Shown: positions 36,101 to 43,968 of the stretch, piece after piece
Layout of the letters: each line of letters begins with the position of its first letter
How positions within the stretch are numbered: position 1 is the first letter of the stretch
NCBI RefSeq assembly: GCF_002571385.2
Contig: NW_019217871.1
Coordinates: forward strand, 186,062-250,061
Reading direction: 5' to 3'
DNA: 64,000 nt
Source of the DNA: Stylophora pistillata
Lineage: Eukaryota
Notes under the pieces: generated by a model
The model's database searches: none
What the model was told of the DNA's origin: nothing
Seen by the model: only the letters and a program-made list of their open reading frames with translations
Position numbers and translations under genes: made by a program

Positions 36101-39100
36101 GGAACGAGAGGGTCTAAAATCCTCTGTAAATAGCTCCAAGGAAACAGGTCTTCACGTAGAAGAAGAGTTGTTAAGAGCTCAGACTATTATTCTGGATTTT
36201 GAAAGACAACAAGGGCTTTCACGTGAGAGAGAACAATCTCTGCAAGAACTACTTCATAAATCAGAAGAGAGCAATGCGAGTTTGCAGGTACAACTGAGTG
36301 ACGCGCAGAAACAGTGCCGACATTCCCAACAAGATGCCCAAAAGTTGCAGCAACAGATTCTTCATTTGCAACAAGGTTCTGTAGAATTGGAACAAGAGGT
36401 TAGTGATTTGCGAAAAATGCTCTCTGAGGTAACAGAGAAGAAGAGGGCTGTATCTGAACAGCTCGAGAAATGCTCCGATGCTCAGGAGAAGCTGCAAAGA
36501 GCACAAGAAATTATACTGGAACTGGAGAGACAACAGGAAATTTCACGCGACACAGAAGTATCTCTTAAAGCACATCTAAACCAGTCGGAAGAGAGCTATG
36601 CCAATTTGCAAGTTCAGGTGGGCGAGAAAGGAAGGGAGTACCAGAATATGGAACAAGAAACGGTAGTGTTACAACAAGAAATTGCCCTTCTTCAGGAAGG
36701 TTCTGCAGAACTGGAACGGGAAGTGAGTGAATTGCGAGAAAAGGTAGCAGAAGGAGAAGAGAATAAACAAAAAGCTTCTGAGAGTTCGAGAGATTTGCAA
36801 AAACAAAATGAAAACTTGCGAGAACAACTGCTTAAGGCGAACAACAGTTTAGAAACTTCAGAACAGGAAAATAGAGATGCGCTTTTAGAGCTGAAAGCAG
36901 ATATCAGAGAGAAGGAAAATCAGATTGAGCAACTTCAAGACGAGTTAAATCTCTTTGAACAACAATATAATGAAATTAGGTCGTTATCGAGCAACAATCA
37001 AACCGAGATTTCTGATCTTCGTGCGGGACTTATTGAAACCAAAGAGCAATTTTACACGGTTTCACAAGAAAAAGGAAGACTTCTCCATAGTGTGAAAGAT
37101 TTGGAGCACACCATTGCAGAACAAGACCAAATGATCCAAGCTTTGGAGTTGGAGAGGAAAGAAAATAAAAAGATCATGTATGAGAAAGAGAACAAAGTGG
37201 AAGATCTTGTTGATAAGCTTGAAGATTGTGAAAGTGAGAATAGTAAGTTAGAGGCAGAAAACCAACGTTTGAGAGAAAAGGTAGAAGAAGCCGCAGAAAC
37301 CCAACGGGAATTAGAACGATTACTGGCGGAGTGTAAAGAAGAAACGCGAGAATTTGAGCAGCAACTATCAGCAGCTCATGAAAGCATAACAGATTTGGAA
37401 ACAGCTTTCGAGAGAGGTGAAGACAAAAATGCACAAATCGGAGAAAACTTACGCGAGGCCAAAGAAAGAGTTGCAAAACTTGAAAATCAGCTGGATGAGT
37501 CGCTAAAAGAGCGTAGAGCGTTCGAACGAGATTACAGTGACGCAGAGAAGGACCTCGAAAAAGCACACGCGTCTTTGGATTCAAACAAGGAAAAGATTGC
37601 AGGTTTGGAGAAAAAATTGAGAACAGCAGAAGAGAGTATTGCAGAGCTTGAACTGGCCAGGGATAATGGATTATCAAACGAACAGTACCTACAGCAAAAG
37701 TTTGCAAATGCAAAGGAGAAAATTGACAAAACCGAAGCAGAGAACAATGACTTAAAGGAGAGACTCACAAAAATGGAGAAAAAATTCAACGATTCACTTT
37801 CCAAACAACAAGGACTTGCAGACAAGAAAGAAGAACTGGAGAAGATAAATAGTGAAATTTGTCATGAGCTTGAGTACGAAAGAGAACGACGTTTAGCTTT
37901 GAAACAAAAACTCGAAACCCGAGATAGAGACAATGAAGTTATTCAAAGAAAAGTGATTTTGTTGGAGAAGAGTAAAGCCGAGAATGAGGATATTCAGCTA
38001 AGAGACATGGAAGAAAAAACCAAGTTGCGCGAAGAATTAGCACGGACTAAAAAGCTCTTATCCGAGTTAGAAGCAACTGGAGAACATCAAGAGGAAAACA
38101 TCAACGAAATGGAAGATTCGTTAAGAGAAATGCGAGGGAAAATCGCTTCTCTTGAGCAGAAGCTGGAAGATGCTACACGAGATAATGCAGACTTACATGG
38201 TGAACTTGAAGAACTCAACCGTAAATTGAAATACGCGAAGGAAGAGAACGTAGAGTTGGAGAAACGGTTGCAGAAACAGAAAGAAATCAGTGATGAATTT
38301 AGGAATAATTTAGCAGAACGTGAGGAGAGCGCTCTGAACTCAAACTACAACCGCGACGCAGCCGAACGTGCCCTGCAGTCTGTGAAGAAGGATCTCGCGC
38401 GCAAAGACACCAAGTTGAAAATGCAGAAAGAACACATTGATGACTTGGAGAATGAGTCTGACAAAATCGGTAAGAAACTCAGGGAAACTGAGTCGTCCTA
38501 CAAGAAAGTAACTAACGAGAATGAAAGGCTTGCAAAAGAATTGGCCGACATTAAAGGCAAGCTAGCAAAGCTGGAGGCAATGTATAAAGAGAAAGCAAAC
38601 CTTCCGACGGATTCCGAAGTTGCAGTCGTAAGAGTCTCGGAATTGCAGTCAGATCCCGAGAGAGCTGATAAATTAATTCGAGACTGGTCTGACAAATTAA
38701 GCACCGCTCAAATCAAAGTAACCGACTTGGAAAACGAACTTCTAAGAGATATAAAGAAACACGAAATAAGGGTCCAGAGGACAACACCAGGAGCCAGGGA
38801 TTGGAGGAGAAGAAGCGTTGATAATTTGTCGGAGTACAGAAGGCCGAGCAGAGCACGACAGCGACCGAACAGGAGCCGAGACAGCTCCGTCGAATCACTT
38901 CGATCAACTCAGTCCATGTTCGACTTTTTCGACGAAAGTAGTGTACTAAATGACGACAGAGCACCCAGTAATTTATCAAGGGAGTCAGATAATGAAAGTA
39001 CGATTGGTATCCCTGTTGTGAATGTAATTCCCTACGACACTGTTACAGCTGAGAAGGTAAACATAAACTCTTCCAAACAAGGAAGTGCAGAGAAAGTGGA

Positions 39101-40649
39101 AGATAAGAACAGGGAAGTCTCTGGTGTTCAAATTAATAAACAAGCCAGGGAGGAAATCCCCGATACTCCAGCTACCGAGGACATTGTAGACAATATAGAG
39201 CCACATATTGATTTTACGTCACCAGTTGTCCTCCAAAATTCGCCCGGAGAGCAAACCGTGACAGCTTCACCGGAGATGACAGAAGATCTGTTCGTTATCA
39301 GTCAAGATTTACCAGATTTTCACATCGATTACGGCCACCCTGACGTCACTGAATCGCCAAGTGAAAACCACACTGTACAAGACCTCGCAGACGATCTGAT
39401 TGATGGAAATGACTTTTACATTGACTACCAACAAGCCCCAGTCAATGAGTCCCCACCAGGCAGAGCAATTTCGACACCTACGGCCAATGGTGTCCTTGAT
39501 TTTGGAATAGATGATACTTTTACCTCGCAGATCGACAATGAGCAGCCACAAGAATACCCACAACCACTTTTGATTGAACCACCTTCAGATGATCTGTTTC
39601 AGTTTGAGTCCCAGACCTCCTACACCTCAACCCTGACAAATGTAACAGACCTCACTTTACGATCACCAACCCCCCCTGTACTTTCCGAGCAAACACTGCT
39701 GGTGTCGTTTGATCCGTTAGATCTCCCAGAGTCTCAGACTCAACAAAAGAACAATCAAGAAATCCTTGATCCCTTCGAGGAGCTGATGAAAATGGGGGAA
39801 AACCAACTAAATGTCGACGGCAAAGAAACTGACATAAATGACGTTATCGACGTCACAGATGACTTTAAAAGCGAGGATGTGGACGTCACGAAGAGCGATG
39901 ACGTAGATGTTGTCGATGTTGTGGACGCCACTTACGCTAAACCAAGCAACAGCTCCTACGCCGATCACAACACGCTGGGTGACGTCATTAACTCGCCGAA
40001 AGAATCCGCCCCTGGCCCTTTCAACTTCATAGACACAAAGGTTGACTCAGGGCATGCAATCAACTTACCGATTAGAAGTGGCGATATCAATCACGTGACA
40101 GCCGCTGAGGGTAACCTCGCCAACTCTCTAGAAATAACTGAACCAGAACCAGTCCCAGTCTCTCGACCAAGAAAAATTAAAGACAAATTGAAACCTGTAC
40201 TGTTTCCACGAGGGAGCAAGAAGCAGAAAAAAGAGGCAGCAGAAACTCCTCCGTACAGTGTTATGATTATGGTAGACGATGTAATTGTTCCAGCGGCTCC
40301 AGACAAAAATTTAAGCTCTACTCGTGAGGAAAAGAAGAAGAAGAAGAAGAAGCAAAAGGCTGAGGCAATCAATATCGAGCAGGGGGAAGAGATTTTTAAA
40401 TCGCCAAGTGAAATAAGGAGAGAGTTGGAAGAGGCCAGTAAAGGAGCCCAGGTAACACAAACTACAGCTAAACAAAATGAACGAAAACAGAAGCAAAAAG
40501 TTACAGTTACTGAAAGCAAGTCTAACCAGTACTACATTGAGGAGAAAGAGAAAGAAAATGAAAGAGAAAAGAATGAAGTTGAAGATCAGGATGAGACAAT
40601 GGGAAAAGGAAGGCTTCAGAAATTAATTGCAGCTTTTGATAGGAAATAG
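33195..40649 (+). CDS. Giant intronless coiled-coil protein 2 (2484 aa), paralogue of 15834-30044, with ~620-aa disordered acidic C-terminal tail
   Basis: 7.45-kb open frame from ATG 33195. EDLISSFEIMHAQLLRH...KDNLIERLKAAKQALEPDVEKLK aligns by eye with EQLIQEFKNMQTQLLQH...KETLVQRLKAAKATLETEVETLK of gene 1. Confidence 0.88.
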   Translation: MANYAQEKEKIHEQLELAKETLNKLRALTDPKSDSESFHSVPNGGESSAMNEQNGWDVCRELTQDSDEGASSGVGMESPNLDLSPHESTTFVDDDKSRVAPDSLVRVLGLQVSKLEDDLKISLLSYFEQMEAQKEDLISSFEIMHAQLLRHNESCQQHRDEEAEKDNLIERLKAAKQALEPDVEKLKRENMLLKTTGNSRPRENGIRGYRIKPGYVEHDDLSETLMKENSRLREILRKYESNDYARLERKVALQEKLCESYNKDMSSKDKKLKRLEAENKGLQEDVKSLQEEVLRVNATRLNSEHDKTRLQQELQFSEEQINTLREKLSSSEQESRYLQHCISDANSQANVSGDNLSELEKDILVLREKCESYRDKLNDKERFLESVCKEKQGLIKAMEELKRELAAVRGEERSLKIENERLQKENADSEIDRLSSETTTEAQGSTISKMKQHLHELRSKVDELEQQKRQHNDREAELSQGVLANLEKYTQVEQQLYLAKKELAQMRGFYESSEEKKIDLQAEAQTCKERISILERKLQSKKMGEEDEQRVSDVEKNVQELNSENQRLKEDYETSKTEIEELEEALQSAREQNSLQRMRLDAHETLMKRKDERIKELQNDLLELHNQMDTLTDEILKKNREQEGLRMAKMLLDQELDLLRSGKLPVRSLQKESAAKDSWSFHHTAGPASPDSGFSDMERDKAIDKMRREILIQNKFHPQQPPLFEENVATNEDSKTKAALALETRRLKETEKRLADVIAENEELKDRDEEARSMQLQIDSELRKMMEENNDLKEKEKLLTQALKENHSIKSQMENCVEQINPQMENDIFLFVDEPIETAILQPVVEASLENSMECSEYVPDGTLVDFSDEQDGPSMKPVIEGADVIQTKERELERKVRDYETSLAKMAKENVRLLSELSKTQDDLKTMEENCNSAQENKNNLQKIMQEELFAKDEEVARLQKELSTLCEEREGLKSSVNSSKETGLHVEEELLRAQTIILDFERQQGLSREREQSLQELLHKSEESNASLQVQLSDAQKQCRHSQQDAQKLQQQILHLQQGSVELEQEVSDLRKMLSEVTEKKRAVSEQLEKCSDAQEKLQRAQEIILELERQQEISRDTEVSLKAHLNQSEESYANLQVQVGEKGREYQNMEQETVVLQQEIALLQEGSAELEREVSELREKVAEGEENKQKASESSRDLQKQNENLREQLLKANNSLETSEQENRDALLELKADIREKENQIEQLQDELNLFEQQYNEIRSLSSNNQTEISDLRAGLIETKEQFYTVSQEKGRLLHSVKDLEHTIAEQDQMIQALELERKENKKIMYEKENKVEDLVDKLEDCESENSKLEAENQRLREKVEEAAETQRELERLLAECKEETREFEQQLSAAHESITDLETAFERGEDKNAQIGENLREAKERVAKLENQLDESLKERRAFERDYSDAEKDLEKAHASLDSNKEKIAGLEKKLRTAEESIAELELARDNGLSNEQYLQQKFANAKEKIDKTEAENNDLKERLTKMEKKFNDSLSKQQGLADKKEELEKINSEICHELEYERERRLALKQKLETRDRDNEVIQRKVILLEKSKAENEDIQLRDMEEKTKLREELARTKKLLSELEATGEHQEENINEMEDSLREMRGKIASLEQKLEDATRDNADLHGELEELNRKLKYAKEENVELEKRLQKQKEISDEFRNNLAEREESALNSNYNRDAAERALQSVKKDLARKDTKLKMQKEHIDDLENESDKIGKKLRETESSYKKVTNENERLAKELADIKGKLAKLEAMYKEKANLPTDSEVAVVRVSELQSDPERADKLIRDWSDKLSTAQIKVTDLENELLRDIKKHEIRVQRTTPGARDWRRRSVDNLSEYRRPSRARQRPNRSRDSSVESLRSTQSMFDFFDESSVLNDDRAPSNLSRESDNESTIGIPVVNVIPYDTVTAEKVNINSSKQGSAEKVEDKNREVSGVQINKQAREEIPDTPATEDIVDNIEPHIDFTSPVVLQNSPGEQTVTASPEMTEDLFVISQDLPDFHIDYGHPDVTESPSENHTVQDLADDLIDGNDFYIDYQQAPVNESPPGRAISTPTANGVLDFGIDDTFTSQIDNEQPQEYPQPLLIEPPSDDLFQFESQTSYTSTLTNVTDLTLRSPTPPVLSEQTLLVSFDPLDLPESQTQQKNNQEILDPFEELMKMGENQLNVDGKETDINDVIDVTDDFKSEDVDVTKSDDVDVVDVVDATYAKPSNSSYADHNTLGDVINSPKESAPGPFNFIDTKVDSGHAINLPIRSGDINHVTAAEGNLANSLEITEPEPVPVSRPRKIKDKLKPVLFPRGSKKQKKEAAETPPYSVMIMVDDVIVPAAPDKNLSSTREEKKKKKKKQKAEAINIEQGEEIFKSPSEIRRELEEASKGAQVTQTTAKQNERKQKQKVTVTESKSNQYYIEEKEKENEREKNEVEDQDETMGKGRLQKLIAAFDRK

Positions 40650-41147
40650 AATTTAATTTTTTTAATATATCTAAAATTTGTAACAACTTAAGATAGAAAT
40701 TTTTGTCTATATGGAATGAAAGTACATTTGGCCAGCTTGCCCTAGTAGAAATTTTATATAATAATTTATGCAATATAAAATCTATCAACTGCATCAAACA
40801 ATAATTAGTATTGTTCTATTAATTGATAAATTGTAATGTTAGAATTATCCTTAAATACTTATAACCTTAACATAATTTATGAATGAAAATTATCTTTGCG
40901 AAAAAAAAAGGTCATGGCAATTTAAAATTCTATAAAAAAGAAAAATAATTGACTCTTTAGACCCAAACATCAGTGTGCATATTCTCCATACTGTTCTCTA
41001 TACATTTCTTAAAGTGATGACAAGGAGAATTTGTTTAACAATCAAGAGTTCCTTTAGCTGCTGATCATTTCCTTTATTCTCCTGACCTTAGTGTTTGATT
41101 CAACGGTGATATTGTATGGAGAAATGAGATGCTGGTCACTCTTAAGG

Positions 41148-41316
41148 CAGGGCTTGACACTAACAGTAGCCCACTAGCAATGGACTAGTAGAAATACCGT
41201 TTTGGCAAGTGGTTTTGGATTTCCACTAGCCAGTTTGGATGGTAAACAAACTGAAATTATCACAACATGTCACTGGCCACTTGGCTAGTAAGTTGAAAAG
41301 TTAGTGTCGAGCCCTG
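41148..41316. mobile_element. hAT-like MITE with 17-bp TIRs, nested in the end of a dispersed repeat
   Basis: CAGGGCTTGACACTAAC ... GTTAGTGTCGAGCCCTG (one mismatch). No clean target-site duplication seen. Confidence 0.7.
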
Positions 41317-42209
41317 TTTGGGGTTTAAGAAAAATATAAATGAAAATTTCAAAACATCACGCTGTATATAAAAGTTACTGTGTCTTTTATTAGTACCAGT
41401 TTCAAAATTTATTTTACAAGTAATTCTTGAATATTTGGAGAAATTCAACAGTCTAAGTAAGCTCTTCAAATATTCCACTCTGAGACCACATACACAGGAG
41501 AGTGATGTGAAATTCAGCTTGTGGGTTTCCAAAGAGTTTCTGTCCAAAAGAGAATACATAAATTGTACATATTTTTAGTCAACTTTACACAGCTGATACT
41601 ATTTCATTTACATCTTCAGAGTAAGATGTACTTAAAGAAAGGAATTAGATTCTGAAACTTTTAAACTCTCTCACTTTTCATTAAAGGCTAAGAACAATCT
41701 ATGATTATTAAATGAAGGGGGTAAGTTTTTGAAAGAGACTGTGGTGCTGCGTCCATGGGGGCCATTACAAGATAATTTGGTTTTATCAACAGACTTGTAA
41801 ATGTAAATTGGCCATTGAGTTTCCAAAGCTGACATTTTGAGCGTTAGCTGTTTGTCTGTCCTAAAACAAGAAACACCAGCTAAAATAATTCTAAGTCGAA
41901 AGTTACTTGTCTGTTGCGGCATGTGAAGATCTAAAGTTACTTGATCAAATACCACAAAGCATGTTGCTGTTATATATGGCTCTGCAGAAAATGTAGTGTG
42001 ATAGTCTTTTTTTACAAGATCAAGTTTGAATGAACTTTGTTAAGATAGTCTTTGATAAAAAAAAATAGGAAACTAGACAGATATGATTTAGAAATATTTA
42101 TAGCATTATATTAAGAAAATAAATACGCTGCTTGTTAGAGTTGTTGTTTGGAGTGTGTCCATTTTGGTGCTAAACATTAATATTGTGTCAGTTGGTGGCT
42201 AAGGGAATG

Positions 42210-42422
42210 TTAATCTCTTTCCTCCCTAACATCAGAATGCATATTCTCGATACTGTTCTCTATACATTTCCTAAGATGCTGACAAGGAGAATTTGTTTGA
42301 CAATCAAGAGCTTGTTTAGTGGGTGATCATTTCCTTTACTCTCATGACCTTACTGTGTGATTCAGGGGTGATATTGTAAGGAGAAATTAGATGCTCATCA
42401 CTCTTTAGGGTCAAAGGGTTAA
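42210..42422. repeat. Representative of an abundant ~200-bp dispersed repeat family
   Basis: Motifs CATATTCTC.ATACTGTTCTCTATACATTTC...ACAAGGAGAATTTGTTT..CAATCAAGAG...GGAGAAATTAGATGCT...AAAGGGTTAA. Related copies at ~205-455, 1555-1740, 3263-3790, 5890-6070, 6530-6935, 31470-31670, 40950-41147, 45180-45395, 47040-47210, 56140-56345 and 59015-59220. Confidence 0.8.
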
Positions 42423-42849
42423 GAGTTTTATTACATCTATTTTGAAATCACTGGTGGTCCATGTAATCTTATTGGCTCTAAATGGTGCGAATTATTCATG
42501 AATTGCACCATTTATTGCTTTAAATCGCATCATTTTATGCTTGACTGAGTTTTTGACACATGACGTCAAAGTCTTTCTGTTTTGCACACAAAATAAGATG
42601 TAAAAGCGTTTCCGGTTCTGCTATTTAAAAACCGGCTCAGTACTGCATCAGCAAAATATTTGAATTGACCAAGTCCTGTATTTGGGCGATTTCAAAATGG
42701 ATGTAATAAAGTGGTAATTGGTCTGAAATCATACTTGTAATTTCAAATCGAACTCGCGCTGCATGCTCGTTCAATTTTGAAATCACGCATATGATTTCAG
42801 CCCAAATTGCACTCCACTTAGTTCAATTACCGCCTCCTACCCCAACCCT

Positions 42850-43021
42850 GCTGGAGACGGGAACTCCATTTATCATCCCTATCCGAGAAGACTAGAAAGT
42901 CTAACCATTGGCAGAAATTATTACAAAGGCAGCACTCTCTTCTCAGTTAATTTAAGACCCCGAGTGTTGGTCCGGCCGGATTTGAACTCACGACCTCCCG
43001 CACAACATTCCAGCGCTCTAC
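42850..43021 (-). mobile_element. tRNA-derived SINE fragment
   Basis: Minus strand GTAGAGCGCTGG...GGGAGGTCGTGAGTTCAAATCCGGCCGGACCAACACTCGGGGTCTTAAA contains a B box. Confidence 0.7.
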
Positions 43022-43757
43022 TTAACATGAGAGGTAACAAAGATAATCCCGAAAATCTTTGAGATTAAACTTAATCATGCAGAGGGCATGTCTGAGGGAG
43101 TATATTGCCTGATAACCACCATCTGAATTCATACCAATTGATATCATGCAGAAGTAATAACTTATGCAATCAGTCAACTTACCTGCTATGTTTCCATTCA
43201 TTTCTCACTTCCTTTAGTTTACTATTCCTCATATTTTCCACAGAAAATACGTAGATGAAGGCATAATTATCCACGCACTCTTGAATCTATTTCACAAACA
43301 AATCAAATTCGTGGCACATAATTTTTCCATCAGAAAATCAGCTGTAAACACTAATCAATAGCTATGTTGATAGCTGTACCATTAGCCAGTGTACCTCCTT
43401 AACCAATCCTGTTTTCAATTCCAAGCCCTTTTTCTTTGCTTTGGTCAGTGAAACTGTAAAAGAAAGAAAGGGTTATTTGAAGAACGACGTAAAAAGCGCA
43501 AAAAAAAGTCAAACTGCCTCAGAAAGAACGTCTAGTTTAATTAAAAGAAAGATCGAAGAAGTAATTGAAAGAATAAAAATCTCCTAGATCTTCCTTTAAA
43601 ATACTCTATCTTCAAAAACCTCTTTTACAATTTAGAGGTACATGTTTTCTCGGAAAAACTACATCATTTGGCACTGTTTTTCCTCGTTACCAACATGATT
43701 ACACTTTAAGTACATCTGAGGATACATACCTGCCCTATTTCGTTTTGATTTTGGCAT

Positions 43758-43968
43758 TTTGAGTATTAAAACCTTGTAATTTTAGGGTAAACCTCTATTA
43801 CTTTTACAACTCCACGTGAATTTCTTTACTGCCAATGGGTTTACCCGCTGTGCACAATAAACAAATGTTCGTGTCTGCGTGCAATGTTTGAAACCCTAGC
43901 AGAAATGTTTTTACCCCCCAAATAGGCAATTGCACCACCACGTTCTTCCCTTTCATATCGCCGCCATT
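43758..43968. promoter_or_regulatory. Bidirectional promoter MRTO4/RPL19 with TCT/5'TOP pyrimidine tract
   Basis: 211 bp between divergent ATGs. TTCTTCCCTTTC at 43943-43954 precedes the RPL19 ATG. AAACCCTA at 43891-43898. Confidence 0.7.

Larger units (their letters stand above)
41453..43757 (-). pseudogene. MRTO4: mRNA turnover protein 4 (Mrt4, 60S biogenesis factor) with central exons absent; deleted copy or mis-assembly
   Basis: Exons 43757-43730 (MPKSKRNRA), 43453-43395 (VSLTKAKKKGLELKTGLVKE), 43286-43183 ([34 protein letters not shown]) and last exon 41539-41453 (KLFGNPQAEFHITLLCMWSQSGIFEELT*), all with canonical splice sites. The FFGKNKVM...LTPEQAR core was not found in between. Absent from the ORF track. 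Confidence 0.85.

Noticed and set aside
16736-40519. Numerous minus-strand and off-frame ORFs within the giant genes
   Set aside because: Ser/Leu/Phe-rich antisense shadows of E/K/Q-rich coding sequence.
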